Shown here in pieces: positions 37,210 to 47,578 of a DNA stretch of 64,000 nt (positions are counted from its first letter, which is position 1; the number at the start of each line of letters is the position of its first letter). Origin of the DNA: a virus. The translations under genes and the position numbers were made by a program. Location: positions 7,813 through 71,812 of IMG/VR virus record IMGVR_UViG_3300050120_000012; one strand, given 5' to 3'. Under the pieces are notes generated by a model, which saw only the letters and a list, made by a program, of their open reading frames with translations, had not been told where the DNA came from and did not search any database.

Positions 37210-40200
37210 ATGTTCGCGCTATTCCTTATCACCATATTCTTCTCTGTCTTGACGAGTTTGCTTGCGCCGACGCAAAAGGCTCAACGTGGCAATCTGAAGG
37301 ACTTCAGCTTTCCTCAAGTGCAGGACGGTGATCCTATTGCCTATGCAGTCGGTCGCGTAAAGATCGCCGGTACTGGCCTGACGTGGTATGGTGATTTCCA
37401 AACTAAGGCGATTAAGAAGTCCACCGGCCTCTTCACGACTTCGACCGTGGGCTATAAGTATTATCTCGGATGGCAGTTGGTTATCGCCATTGGTCCGAAC
37501 GTCATGCTTCGGAACCTGTGGTTCGGAACGCCGCAAGGCCAGACGAATACCGCTAACGGTTTCGAAGATGACACCTACATCGAAGAGAACAACCCGAACT
37601 TCACCAATGCCAATGATACGAAGATTCCTGTCCCTGTATGGGGTGTGGGGATTGCTTCTTATCCCGGCGGCCCGATCATCACTGAACCGACCGGGACTGC
37701 GATCTTGGACGTTTCCAATGTCAAGGCGTTCGGCGGTGATAACGGCGGCGGTGGTTTTGATCTGTCTGTAGAGTTCTATGGTGGTGAGAACTCACAAACC
37801 TCCAGCGTCTATCTCCAAAGCCAAGTCAATCAAGCTTTCGTTCCACCTTATCGCGGCGTCTCCCATCTGATCTGTCATGGCTACATCGGCAACAGCGCCA
37901 GCCTCCAAAACATGACGGTTGAGATCGACCGTATCTATGATCCGCTAGAGCTTGGCTCCCAAGCTATCATTGGTCAAGAGGGTGACGCCAATCCGGCCAA
38001 CGTGATCTATGAGCTTCTGACGAACAACTTTGGTGCGGCCTCTATTCCGCTCCCTCGGATGAACTCGGCGTCATTTGTCACCGCTGGCGGCATCCTGTGG
38101 ACTGAAGACGAAGGTATTTCCATCGCTTTTGGATCGTCTCCCACGGCGGTCTCCAATGTGCTGAAGGACATTCTGCGCCAGATCGACGCCACGTTGTACG
38201 AAGACCCGACCGATGGTCAAATCTATCTGAAGCTGATCCGTGCCGACTACGTTCTCGCTGATCTTCCTGTTATCGATCAGACGAACATCTTGTCCGTCCA
38301 GAGCTTCACCACGAATATGTGGTCCGATACGAAGAACCGCATTCGGGTGTCCTATGAGGACCGCTCGAAATACTATGATGATCGTGTCGCCGTTGGTGAA
38401 GACATGGCGAACGTGGCCTTCCAAGGTGGACAGGTCAAAGCGATCACTGTTCAGCATCCTTATATCAAGCGGGCTGAACATGCGAACCGCAAGGTCGCTC
38501 AAGAGATGGCGATCTATACCACGCCGCTGTCAAAGCTTACCGTCACAACGCAGCGGTTCACGACTTCGCTTCGCCCCGGCTCCGTCATTAACATGGTCTA
38601 TCCGGCGTACAAGATCGCCTCGATTGCCTATCGTGTGACGAAGGTCTCCATGGGTGATCTGACGAACAACCGTCTGTCACTGGAGCTTGTCCAAGATAAG
38701 TTCGCCACAGTGCAGTTCGTGTTCGCTGCGCCTGTGAACTTCTGGCAAAAGCCCAATACCTCTGCGGTTAACATCGTGACCTATAATGCTGAAGAAGCTC
38801 CCCGGTTCTTCAACGCACTTCAGCCTACTATTGTGAATGTTGATAACTCGCGCCTTTTCGTTCAGCCGATCCAGCCGAACATTGCGCAGAGCGGCTATAA
38901 CATTTGGGCTAAGATCACAACTGAGACGGACTATGCTCAGATTGACTATGAACAGAGCTACGCCACACTTGGGACGCTCCAGAACAACCTTGCTATGGAG
39001 CTTCTGTCCACCGTCACGCTCGCGTCGATCAGCGACATCGATTCTTTGGCCGTCGCCAATCAGGCGCAGATCAGTTCCGGCCTGAATCTGATCCAGATCG
39101 ACGATGAGATCATGGCCTATGAGAGCTATGTCCTCGCCGCCGGGCTCTACACCCTAGAGAACGTCCACAGGGGCTTGCTGGACACCGTACCGGCCACTCA
39201 CGCCGCCAGCGCCAACGTGGTCTTCCTGACGCCCGACACGGTGGGTACGCGCGAGTTCGCCGGGACTGAGGCCGTGGACGTTCTCATGGGCTCCTACAGC
39301 TTCAGTGACGAACAGACTCAGGACGAAGCGACTCACGTTGGCGTCCAACTCATGCAGCGCCCACAACGGCCATATCCTCCAGCGGACGTGATGATCGACG
39401 GGGTTCTATATAACCCGAACGTGGATAACACGTCCGGCTGCACAGTCACGTTCAAACGCCGGTCTAGGTTGAACCTTGGCGTGCTTTATCAGACGGACGC
39501 CGATGAAGCCCCCGAAGCCGGGACGACGTACATTGCTCGCGTCGGCATCCCCGGTCATACGGTTGACCATGCACTCGGAACGGCGGACACCGGCACGTTC
39601 ACCTTCGACTTGGCCGGTTCCAATGTGGTTCAGATCATCGCGGTTCTGGACGGGCTCGAATCTCAGCCGGTTCAATGGGACACGACTGTCGCTCATGCGG
39701 CGGGTGTCTCCGTTGGTGTGGCGCTTGCCGCTGCGGCGACGACGGTTGCGATCACACCGGAAGAACTCCTATCCCATGACGCCGGGCTGGCGACCGCGAC
39801 GACTTCGCCCATAGTTGCCATCGCCACCATCGCGGGTGCTGTTGCGACCGGCGACCTTGGAACGCCTGCCACGACTGTTGCGATCACCCCGACGACTACC
39901 GGCGGTGGGGGTGTCATTGAAACGACGCCTCATAGGTATTGGGGTATCCGTTTGAACACTCCGCAAACGAGTGGGACGAACTTCGCCTTTGGTGAACTGG
40001 AGATGTACGAACACGATCTCTCTAGTGGAAATGCTGCACTCGGTATCACCGCATTCGCTGATGGCTCTTCCTTCACTGGAGCCGATCAAGGCTTGACGCA
40101 TGTGTTTGACGGTAAAGTTGGTGCAAACGTCGGCAATGTCGGGATAGGGTCTTCGGCGGCTGGTTACAAAGTATGGGGCGACTTTGTTACTCCCATTGCT

Positions 40201-41832
40201 ATTGACTGTATTCGACTTGCATGTGTCGAAAGCCAGTACGCAATATCTATGCCTTCAGACTTCGATGTCATCTCTTCAGATGATGCCATGACGTGGAATA
40301 CTGAATGGTCTGCAACCCCGGCAACTTGGGGTGAGCCTGCGTTCGAATATCGGGCCTTCATGCGTCCCGGCAAATCACTTGCCTACAGCGGCTCGCCGTG
40401 GGGCGCACATGCCTATTGGCGGATGGTTATGGTGGATAGCCAAGACACGTCAGGGTGGGGTGCTGCGGAGATTTCCATGCGCGCAACGGCGGGTGGATCA
40501 AACCAATGCACCGGGGGAACGGCGACCACGAACAACGCCTATGCCACGCCAACGTATGATGCGCCCATGGCCTTTGACGGAAACCCTGCAACGCTATGGG
40601 GCTCAAATGGTCATGGAGAAGTTGGGGATGAGGGCTTTGGTGGCGGCGGGGGCCAAGTGTGGATTCAATATGAGTTCGCTGCACCTGTCTCTGTCGGGGA
40701 GATTGCGATCACCGCCCGCAATGATAGCTTCTTCGGTCAATCCCCTTATACCTTCCTTGTGGAATACTCGGACGATGGGACACTGTTCAAAGAGGCTTGG
40801 ACTGCATACGCCGGTTCCCTGACGCCGTATAGCTCGGGAAGCACTGTCGTCTTTACCGATCCAAACTTGATCTCTGACTCGCTCACGGCGCTTTCCGATG
40901 GTGAAGGTGGTCTCTTGGACGATGGTACGGGTCAAAGCCTTGAGAGCCTTTTGGATGAATCAACGGTACTTGTTCCGCTTGGTCCGCGTGTCTTGACTTC
41001 GGCTATTGTCCCGGAAGTGACGATCTCCGGTGAACCGACGTTTGAAGGTGTTCTCGACGGACGTACAGATGTTGCAGCGGCGTATGGCTTCCGTCGTATG
41101 GCGACAAGTTATACTGGCCCTCTGATTAAGATCAGAAACCAAGACACACTTTCTAGTATGGACATCGGTTATATCGACAATGGCGAACTCGATCAGGCTA
41201 CTATGCTTGCATTCCTTGGCTCGGCAAATGGTACGATCTCCACTTGGTACGATCAATCCGGCAACGGACGGGATATAGGCGGCGGTCTTCCTTCTCTCGT
41301 AAGTAGCGGCACGGTTGATAGTGTGAATGGCTACCCTGCGGCGGCCTTCAACGCTACACCGCAATCGAACTCGGGGTGGCAACTTACAGACTCCGCCTTC
41401 TCAGCTATCATTGCGGGTCAAAGGACTAGCGGTGGATATAATGCGTTTGTATCTCAGTCGATCTCCAGCCATTCGTTGTCTTTAGGTATCGATCCTTCAG
41501 GCAAATTGGATATGATGCGTAATGGCGTTTCAGACGTTAATGGACAATCGACTTCGGATGACTTCTGTATTGTGTCTTGGGTTGGATCGGCTGGAATGTC
41601 GGCCTTCGTTCCGTTCAATGTCACAGGGTACTTGAATAGTGATGGTGGAACTTCCTTCACCTTGACTTATGGTGAAAGCCTCCTGAATGGCGTCTCTATT
41701 GGTGGTGCGTATGCCGGTGGTGATACAGTCACAGGGATCATCGCTGAAGTCGTTCTACTGAATGACGCGATTGCTGACGTGTATCGCGAAAACATTGAAA
41801 GCAACATGAAGACCCGGTTTGGTGTCTCTTAA
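37210..41832 (+). CDS. central tail tip/host-specificity protein with C-terminal carbohydrate-binding modules
   Basis: N-terminal GDPI....G...WYGD and GTA-type tail domains, then two discoidin-like repeats and a ConA/arabinofuranosidase-B-like domain. Confidence 0.85.
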   Translation: MFALFLITIFFSVLTSLLAPTQKAQRGNLKDFSFPQVQDGDPIAYAVGRVKIAGTGLTWYGDFQTKAIKKSTGLFTTSTVGYKYYLGWQLVIAIGPNVMLRNLWFGTPQGQTNTANGFEDDTYIEENNPNFTNANDTKIPVPVWGVGIASYPGGPIITEPTGTAILDVSNVKAFGGDNGGGGFDLSVEFYGGENSQTSSVYLQSQVNQAFVPPYRGVSHLICHGYIGNSASLQNMTVEIDRIYDPLELGSQAIIGQEGDANPANVIYELLTNNFGAASIPLPRMNSASFVTAGGILWTEDEGISIAFGSSPTAVSNVLKDILRQIDATLYEDPTDGQIYLKLIRADYVLADLPVIDQTNILSVQSFTTNMWSDTKNRIRVSYEDRSKYYDDRVAVGEDMANVAFQGGQVKAITVQHPYIKRAEHANRKVAQEMAIYTTPLSKLTVTTQRFTTSLRPGSVINMVYPAYKIASIAYRVTKVSMGDLTNNRLSLELVQDKFATVQFVFAAPVNFWQKPNTSAVNIVTYNAEEAPRFFNALQPTIVNVDNSRLFVQPIQPNIAQSGYNIWAKITTETDYAQIDYEQSYATLGTLQNNLAMELLSTVTLASISDIDSLAVANQAQISSGLNLIQIDDEIMAYESYVLAAGLYTLENVHRGLLDTVPATHAASANVVFLTPDTVGTREFAGTEAVDVLMGSYSFSDEQTQDEATHVGVQLMQRPQRPYPPADVMIDGVLYNPNVDNTSGCTVTFKRRSRLNLGVLYQTDADEAPEAGTTYIARVGIPGHTVDHALGTADTGTFTFDLAGSNVVQIIAVLDGLESQPVQWDTTVAHAAGVSVGVALAAAATTVAITPEELLSHDAGLATATTSPIVAIATIAGAVATGDLGTPATTVAITPTTTGGGGVIETTPHRYWGIRLNTPQTSGTNFAFGELEMYEHDLSSGNAALGITAFADGSSFTGADQGLTHVFDGKVGANVGNVGIGSSAAGYKVWGDFVTPIAIDCIRLACVESQYAISMPSDFDVISSDDAMTWNTEWSATPATWGEPAFEYRAFMRPGKSLAYSGSPWGAHAYWRMVMVDSQDTSGWGAAEISMRATAGGSNQCTGGTATTNNAYATPTYDAPMAFDGNPATLWGSNGHGEVGDEGFGGGGGQVWIQYEFAAPVSVGEIAITARNDSFFGQSPYTFLVEYSDDGTLFKEAWTAYAGSLTPYSSGSTVVFTDPNLISDSLTALSDGEGGLLDDGTGQSLESLLDESTVLVPLGPRVLTSAIVPEVTISGEPTFEGVLDGRTDVAAAYGFRRMATSYTGPLIKIRNQDTLSSMDIGYIDNGELDQATMLAFLGSANGTISTWYDQSGNGRDIGGGLPSLVSSGTVDSVNGYPAAAFNATPQSNSGWQLTDSAFSAIIAGQRTSGGYNAFVSQSISSHSLSLGIDPSGKLDMMRNGVSDVNGQSTSDDFCIVSWVGSAGMSAFVPFNVTGYLNSDGGTSFTLTYGESLLNGVSIGGAYAGGDTVTGIIAEVVLLNDAIADVYRENIESNMKTRFGVS

Positions 41833-41846
41833 AAGGATAGACTGCT

Positions 41847-42563
41847 ATGTCCACGAAGATGAGCGATATTGTTACGGCGGGACACTTGGCCGCTCCCATT
41901 GCGAAGGACGATAAGATTTATGTGGTTCAAGCCGGAACGGGTGACATCGTTCTCGCCGGAACGGCTCTTCAGCTTCGCGCCTTTACATCTCGTTTTCAGC
42001 CTCCCAAGGCGGCTGACTTCGGGACGCTTGTAGGGACGGTGCATCCCACTCTGACGGATGACGATGACGTTGGATTGATGGTGAACTGTGGCGCTGTAGC
42101 GACGGGAGATGCCAATAGATTCGCTTACAAGGCTCTTCCGGGTGGAGACTTTGATGTAAGCATTCACATGAATGCTACGCTGACTTTAACATCATTCAAT
42201 GCCATGGGTTTGATGTTGCTGGAATCGGCTACAAATAAGTTGATGATAGTTGGTTCTGAATGGGGCTCCGCCGCTGCAAACTATCGTGTCGGACGATTGA
42301 CTTCACCAACTGGCTTCGTCAGCAATCCCGCTGATCCGGGTCAAGGTGGAACGGGATTTGAATGGTTCCGTATCCAGCAAACGGGATCGACGTTGAACTT
42401 CTATATGTCGAAGGACGGCAAAAGCTGGCTTCTGATATACACTGAAGCTCTGACGGCCTTCTTCACGACTGCGCCGGATAGCATTGGTCTCGGGTTCTCC
42501 ATCAATATGTCGAGTGGTGCTAATCCTCAGTTTTCGGTGGATTACTGGAATCAAGACTTCTAA
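41847..42563 (+). CDS. putative receptor-binding/lectin-fold tail protein
   Basis: WFRI...G..L.FY.S.DG..W ConA-like pattern; AAGGA RBS. Confidence 0.6.
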   Translation: MSTKMSDIVTAGHLAAPIAKDDKIYVVQAGTGDIVLAGTALQLRAFTSRFQPPKAADFGTLVGTVHPTLTDDDDVGLMVNCGAVATGDANRFAYKALPGGDFDVSIHMNATLTLTSFNAMGLMLLESATNKLMIVGSEWGSAAANYRVGRLTSPTGFVSNPADPGQGGTGFEWFRIQQTGSTLNFYMSKDGKSWLLIYTEALTAFFTTAPDSIGLGFSINMSSGANPQFSVDYWNQDF

Positions 42564-42645
42564 ATGGTGCGGCGGGGAGTCGCGCTATAGACGCACGCCG
42601 CCCCGCCCTCTAGCATTCAATCGCTTCACAGGGGATAACCGCATC

Positions 42646-42993
42646 ATGGACTCACAGACCATAGTACGCGATACGCCGCCGGTCTCCAGCGTCACCACGA
42701 CAACGGGGAGTAACACGGACGGGTGGAAGTATCGTCGCCGTTTTATGTTCGCGATCACCGTCTTCGATATGGCGGTTGTCATCGTCGGACTTCTCTTCGC
42801 GAAGCAAGAGAGCGTTGCGCAGATCGGCGTCATAATGGCCTTTGGGTCATTGACCGCGATCTTCGGGTTCTACGTTGCCGGTGCGGTATGGGATGACCAT
42901 TCGATTCGAACGACGCAGATGCAGGGGTTGTCCATGCTTCGCGGCGGCCCGCCCCCCGGAGATGGCAAAGATGACGGACACGATGGCCCCTAG
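42646..42993 (+). CDS. holin-like protein with 2 TM segments
   Basis: WKYRRR followed by two TM segments and YV.GA.WDD. Confidence 0.6.
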   Translation: MDSQTIVRDTPPVSSVTTTTGSNTDGWKYRRRFMFAITVFDMAVVIVGLLFAKQESVAQIGVIMAFGSLTAIFGFYVAGAVWDDHSIRTTQMQGLSMLRGGPPPGDGKDDGHDGP

Positions 42994-43267
42994 AAAGGCC
43001 CCATTCCTCTTCCGCATGGAAGTCCTGATCGTTTTGCTGGCGTTCATGTTCCTTGGCGGCACAGTGATCTATGCGGTGTACGTCATCACGACGCACCAAA
43101 CGGAACATCTGGATCGCGAGCGAGCGGAACGACTGAAGAAGCACGACGCCGAACAGAACGTACACAATAAGCTTGTGGAGAAAGACCTACAGGCTATCCT
43201 CAAACATGAAGGCATCACCGATGTTGAAGTTCCTATCGTGGTTCACGCCGGGCGGCGCGGCTCTTAA
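42983..43267 (+). CDS. single-TM membrane protein in the lysis region
   Basis: One TM and a charged tail; overlaps both neighbours. Confidence 0.55.
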   Translation: MAPRKAPFLFRMEVLIVLLAFMFLGGTVIYAVYVITTHQTEHLDRERAERLKKHDAEQNVHNKLVEKDLQAILKHEGITDVEVPIVVHAGRRGS

Positions 43268-43799
43268 CGTCCTCGGCGTCATCTTCAAGCCAGCGAACGT
43301 CATCATCTGGCTTCCATTGGTCTTCTTGGCCGGTTCGCTTGGGTTCGCCGGTTGGAAGGTGGATCAGTTCATCGTTGCAGACAAGGCCGCTAAGGCGCAA
43401 GTTGTGGCGCTCGGCGGACAGGTCAAGCAACTGACTACCAGCGTCCAGACCGAACGCGATTCGGAGGTTCTTATCACAAAGAACCTTCAGAGCTATGTGA
43501 AGGAAGTCCAACTCTATTCGTCACAGCAATCGCAATTCCAGCAACAGATCAAAGGTCTTCGGGTGAAGCTCGCCCCGGCCAAGATCATCAAAGAGGCTCA
43601 GACCAATGCTCCACAAGCTTCCGCCGATGCTACTAGCAACTATGCTGATCTGCTCGGCATGTTCGACTCTACAACCGGCTCCGGTTCAAGTCCTGCAAAC
43701 GCAGTACCTACCGGCAAAACAACCGTTACCACTACCACAACCCATAAGGACACAACCCGTACAGTGGCAAGTCCTCAAAAAGGGAACACCGGCCCCTGA
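43221..43799 (+). CDS. inner-membrane spanin (Rz-like)
   Basis: N-terminal TM and long coiled coil; overlapped by a lipoprotein gene. Confidence 0.7.
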   Translation: MLKFLSWFTPGGAALNVLGVIFKPANVIIWLPLVFLAGSLGFAGWKVDQFIVADKAAKAQVVALGGQVKQLTTSVQTERDSEVLITKNLQSYVKEVQLYSSQQSQFQQQIKGLRVKLAPAKIIKEAQTNAPQASADATSNYADLLGMFDSTTGSGSSPANAVPTGKTTVTTTTTHKDTTRTVASPQKGNTGP

Positions 43800-43953
43800 C
43801 GACATTTACACGTTGTCCGCCAGCGCCTATACAGCGTTGACGAACAACGAAACGGACTTTCTACGGTGGATCAAAGAAGCAGTCGTGCAGTTAGCGTATT
43901 ATACGGAGCCACCGAAACCCGATGCCACCGCCGGAACTACACCAAAGCGATGA
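43606..43953 (+). CDS. outer-membrane spanin lipoprotein (Rz1-like)
   Basis: Signal peptide with lipobox (LICSAC), Pro-rich; GAGG RBS; overlaps the i-spanin 3' end in another frame. Confidence 0.75.
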   Translation: MLHKLPPMLLATMLICSACSTLQPAPVQVLQTQYLPAKQPLPLPQPIRTQPVQWQVLKKGTPAPDDIYTLSASAYTALTNNETDFLRWIKEAVVQLAYYTEPPKPDATAGTTPKR

Positions 43954-44212
43954 CATTGACGCGATTGTAGCGGCGTCTGTTCGTCAGACGTTGCTACAGA
44001 TCGGCCTTGTCACTACGTCCGACGCCGACATGCGCGAGACACAGAAGGACTTTGCCTATTTGCGTGATCTGCGGATCGGCTCTTCGGCGATGAAGTCCAA
44101 AGGCGTCCTCGCGGTGATTGGGATCATCGTCACAGCGTTAGCAACCTTGATCTGGCTTGGATTGAATGCTCTATTCCATGCAGGCGGAACGCCGCCTGTC
44201 TTGCCTCATTAA
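43922..44212 (+). CDS. membrane protein with C-terminal TM (holin/antiholin-like)
   Basis: E.QKDF.YLR.LR followed by a C-terminal TM. Confidence 0.65.
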   Translation: MPPPELHQSDDIDAIVAASVRQTLLQIGLVTTSDADMRETQKDFAYLRDLRIGSSAMKSKGVLAVIGIIVTALATLIWLGLNALFHAGGTPPVLPH

Positions 44213-44224
44213 GGATTGAAGACC

Positions 44225-44467
44225 ATGCCCCTGTCCCTCGCCGTCGCCTACGCCCCCGGTATCGTGAAAGCGGTCATAGGGGCGCACGACTCCGAAGAGA
44301 CGGAGGGCATGTTCCTCAAGCAAGAATCGAATCTAACGCCAGATCAAGCGCGGAAGTGGGCCGGGCTTTTGCTAGAAGCTGCGGATCAAGCCGAAGGGTC
44401 TCAGCAACCCAAGCTCGCGCTCCATGGGGGTTCCGAAGAACTGCATAGAGTTCGGAGCGACCCATAG
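44225..44467 (+). CDS. small hypothetical protein
   Basis: AAGGA RBS; LTPDQAR.WA.LLLEAADQAE motif common in phage proteins. Confidence 0.6.
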   Translation: MPLSLAVAYAPGIVKAVIGAHDSEETEGMFLKQESNLTPDQARKWAGLLLEAADQAEGSQQPKLALHGGSEELHRVRSDP

Positions 44468-44858
44468 GGGTTATCGGCACAGTCTTATATGAGAGTTCTC
44501 TGAGAAACGCGGTCTTGGCCGTGCCGATCCTCTCCATCGCCATCGCGAGCGCACCGGGGATCATATAGATTTCCGTGAACCCTTGGATCATGATCCAAGA
44601 CGTTCCACCTACTTCCCAACGCTTAGCCGCCCACTCGCGTTGCCCGACTTGGAACTTGAGCCTACCACCTTCGTTCGGTTTGCCGATGTAGGTCCGGTCC
44701 CGTAGAACTTTGAGTTCGATATGGAAGTGATGCTCAAATAGTTGGCCTTCAACGTCCGGCGTGCTAAGCGCGACGACATTCTCGACTCTCTCCATGTGAA
44801 GGCCAGCCATCGGGAGCTTGCCTTTGAACCACTTCCACAGCGCCGATTCATTTGCCAT
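44316..44858 (-). CDS. PD-(D/E)xK nuclease (VRR-NUC/Holliday junction resolvase-like)
   Basis: MANES.LW...RVEN...TPDV...IELK...Q..W motifs. Confidence 0.8.
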   Translation of the reverse strand: MANESALWKWFKGKLPMAGLHMERVENVVALSTPDVEGQLFEHHFHIELKVLRDRTYIGKPNEGGRLKFQVGQREWAAKRWEVGGTSWIMIQGFTEIYMIPGALAMAMERIGTAKTAFLRELSYKTVPITPMGRSELYAVLRNPHGARAWVAETLRLDPQLLAKARPTSALDLALDSILA

Positions 44859-45057
44859 TGGGTGCGACCTTCGCTCCTAGTTTGATGGTCTCTTTCGATG
44901 AAGAGACCGGCGCTCTGTCGTCCGTACCCATAGGCCCGTCGTATGGCGCGAGATAGACCCCATGGCCGGGTTTGGCGGAGGTCTCTTTGACGATCACCGT
45001 GTGGCCGCGCACAGGCTGGCGCATGGCCTCCCTGATCTCTGCGACCGTCCGGCCCAT
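44848..45057 (-). CDS. small hypothetical protein
   Basis: Fills the gap; start abuts the upstream stop. Confidence 0.5.
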   Translation of the reverse strand: MGRTVAEIREAMRQPVRGHTVIVKETSAKPGHGVYLAPYDGPMGTDDRAPVSSSKETIKLGAKVAPNGK

Positions 45058-45702
45058 CTAGGCGATCTCCGGGGCTCTGGCGAGGGCTGCGATGGCCTCC
45101 GCCTTGGCTTGGGGCGTGCAGCCGGTCCACGGCTCCAGAGGACGCCCCGGAGCGGGTCTGGCGCGATCTGGCGGCACTTGGAAGGCCACGTCATAGATGA
45201 AGCCGTACAGCGCCTTGGTGGTGACGCCGCCACGCTCGAAATCGTTGTCCAGCGCGAAGTCCGGCACGACGGTTTCAACGGCGTGATCGGAGGCGACTCG
45301 CGGCTCCCGACCCGGCACGATCAGCTTGAACACCTTGCCGCCGAGTTCGTGGATCGCTTCGACTTCGTTGGGATAGCGGACATCATCCACGATCACGAAC
45401 TTCATCTTCAGCGCCTTCAGCCCGAAGTGTCCGACCCAAAACTGAGGGTGCATGGTCTCGCGGCCCCAAAGCCCTCCCAAGGTCTCCATCGCAAAGCGTG
45501 GTGAGCGACCCATGAGAAGGTCATGCGGTTGTTCCTTCTTCACTGGATCGCGAAGGGTTTCCTCCGGGATGCCAAGCGCCATGACCATAGCTCTGATTGG
45601 GTCTGCGAAGCTCGCCCGCTTGAAGCCGTGGTTCTGGAGAAACCAATCTGAGACCGTTGTCTTACCCGATCCGACGAAGCCGCTGATTCCGATGATGACC
45701 AT
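45058..45702 (-). CDS. deoxynucleoside monophosphate kinase
   Basis: IIGISGFVGSGKTT, FADPIR, SPR....LG..WGR and DDVRYPNE motifs. Confidence 0.9.
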   Translation of the reverse strand: MVIIGISGFVGSGKTTVSDWFLQNHGFKRASFADPIRAMVMALGIPEETLRDPVKKEQPHDLLMGRSPRFAMETLGGLWGRETMHPQFWVGHFGLKALKMKFVIVDDVRYPNEVEAIHELGGKVFKLIVPGREPRVASDHAVETVVPDFALDNDFERGGVTTKALYGFIYDVAFQVPPDRARPAPGRPLEPWTGCTPQAKAEAIAALARAPEIA

Positions 45703-45717
45703 GTGATTCCCTGTGAG

Positions 45718-46068
45718 TTAGAATGGTAGCGCGATCTCAACCTCTGAGTAGGTGTTCGCCCGGCGATCCCACTTGAGCATCTTGAGCTTGTCGTCGGGCG
45801 ATAGCCGATTGGCCGCCGCCAGAACAGCTTGCGCGCACAGGATAGCATCACCGGACGGCAATATGAAGTCGTCCTTTGTGAAGTCCGCCAGCTTCTTCTC
45901 CAAAAGCTTTTCGACGTTCCCACCCCAATCCTGTTCGACGATGTTCCACGTCGGGATCAGAACAAAGATGGGTCCGAACACCACAGCGGAATCGTAGTTA
46001 TGGACGGTCATCGCCCCACTATCACGATCCTTACGCATGTGCTGTTGAACGATGAATACTCTGGACAT
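45718..46068 (-). CDS. hypothetical protein
   Basis: MSRVFIVQ...A..FG...DDFIL.SGD...LKWD..Y conserved phage pattern. Confidence 0.75.
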   Translation of the reverse strand: MSRVFIVQQHMRKDRDSGAMTVHNYDSAVVFGPIFVLIPTWNIVEQDWGGNVEKLLEKKLADFTKDDFILPSGDAILCAQAVLAAANRLSPDDKLKMLKWDRRANTYSEVEIALPF

Positions 46069-46069
46069 A

Positions 46070-47578
46070 CTAACCGTCGCCAATCTCTCGTAAAAGCTCT
46101 TGAAGACCTGTTCTGCTAATGCGTTCGGAAACGTCTTCTTTGTTGCCTAACAGGTTTAGAATGTAGTCGTCATTCGCATTGTTAGCTATGATGTCGATCA
46201 GGTCAACGGCCTTCTTTCCTAAAGCTGTGGCCCGGTCGCTCGCCTGATTGCGCTGGATCAGCGAAGGCGTATGCGAACTCCAGATCAGCGTCCCGGCAAC
46301 GGACATATCAACGCCAGCGCCGCCGGACTGCGGTTGGCCGATTATACCGGCGACTTCTGGATCATCCCTCAGATCGCGGAGGTTTTGGAATTTGATCTTC
46401 TGAGAAACGCCGCCGTACATCTGGAGCATACGACGGCCAAAGCCTTCTTCGACCAAGAGTTCTTCCAACATCTCAGTCATCTTCACGATGTCATACTTGA
46501 ACCGACACCATATGATGAACTTGCTATCGGAGTTCATCGCCTCATGGATCGTCAGGAGGAATCGTGGGTTATCCTTGGGCTTGACTAGCTCATGCAGAAC
46601 CTTGTTCTCATCCACTAGGAAGCCGGAACTGATCTGTTGAAACTTCAGCATGAGAGTACCGCCGTCCAAGGCTCGCCCTCCCATCACAGGTTCCTTCTTC
46701 AGCGCACGCCAGACCTTGATCTGATTATCGGTCATCTCGAAACGACGCTGCGTATCGATGGGCTTCAGAAGTCCAGCGTCCTCGCGCGTCACTACAGAGG
46801 CGTACTTCGCAATCGCCGTCTTGAGTTCTTCTTCGTTCTTCGGTCCAAGGAACTTCTGATATTTCCGATTGTTCTTTGTGGTCTTCGTCTCCCATATGCC
46901 GAAGTGATTCTTGAACGTCTCAGACGTGTCAAACCCTAGCGCGCCTTCCTCCAGTATTTCGAACTGTGAGTAAGCCTGCATCGGCGACTCATCAATCGCC
47001 GTCCCTGATAGGATGCGTCTGAAGTTCGACGCATTACGAATGGCCTTTGTTGCGCCGGTTCTAGCAGAACCCGGTGCGCCGTATTGATGGCTTTCATCCG
47101 CGACTAAGAAGACCTTCCCCTTGTGATACTTGAGAAAAGTCTTCAGAAAGGCGCGACACACCTTAGACGCCAACGACTCACTGTTGACGGACAGGATCAT
47201 GAGCTTATCGCGACCGCGACACACCCGCTCAAACTGCGCCATGTACGCCTTTTGCTTGGTGCGAGCGCGGTTGGCATTCCAAATCATCCCTTCCCATGGG
47301 ACTTGATCTGGCATGTGCCGGGGGATTTCCTCCAGTATCCAGTTTTGGTGTGCGATGTTCGGCGCGAGGATGACGACGGCGGTGATCCGTCCGACGTGAT
47401 AGTTGAAGGCGAAGGTATCGATGACCGCCTTGGACTTACCCGAACGCATTGACCACAGTAGAGCGCGAGCCGCGACGGACCTGTATTTGAAGAACTCCGT
47501 CCGCTGTGTGCTACGCGGCGGCGTCTTGAAGGTGAGTGGCCCAATAGGTTTGCGGGGCTTCGCGGCTGGCCTTTGCAC
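46070..47578 (-). CDS. SNF2-family DNA helicase
   Basis: MRSGKS, VADESH, ILSGT, GG.GV.M and Q..DR motifs. Confidence 0.9.
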   Translation of the reverse strand: MQRPAAKPRKPIGPLTFKTPPRSTQRTEFFKYRSVAARALLWSMRSGKSKAVIDTFAFNYHVGRITAVVILAPNIAHQNWILEEIPRHMPDQVPWEGMIWNANRARTKQKAYMAQFERVCRGRDKLMILSVNSESLASKVCRAFLKTFLKYHKGKVFLVADESHQYGAPGSARTGATKAIRNASNFRRILSGTAIDESPMQAYSQFEILEEGALGFDTSETFKNHFGIWETKTTKNNRKYQKFLGPKNEEELKTAIAKYASVVTREDAGLLKPIDTQRRFEMTDNQIKVWRALKKEPVMGGRALDGGTLMLKFQQISSGFLVDENKVLHELVKPKDNPRFLLTIHEAMNSDSKFIIWCRFKYDIVKMTEMLEELLVEEGFGRRMLQMYGGVSQKIKFQNLRDLRDDPEVAGIIGQPQSGGAGVDMSVAGTLIWSSHTPSLIQRNQASDRATALGKKAVDLIDIIANNANDDYILNLLGNKEDVSERISRTGLQELLREIGDG

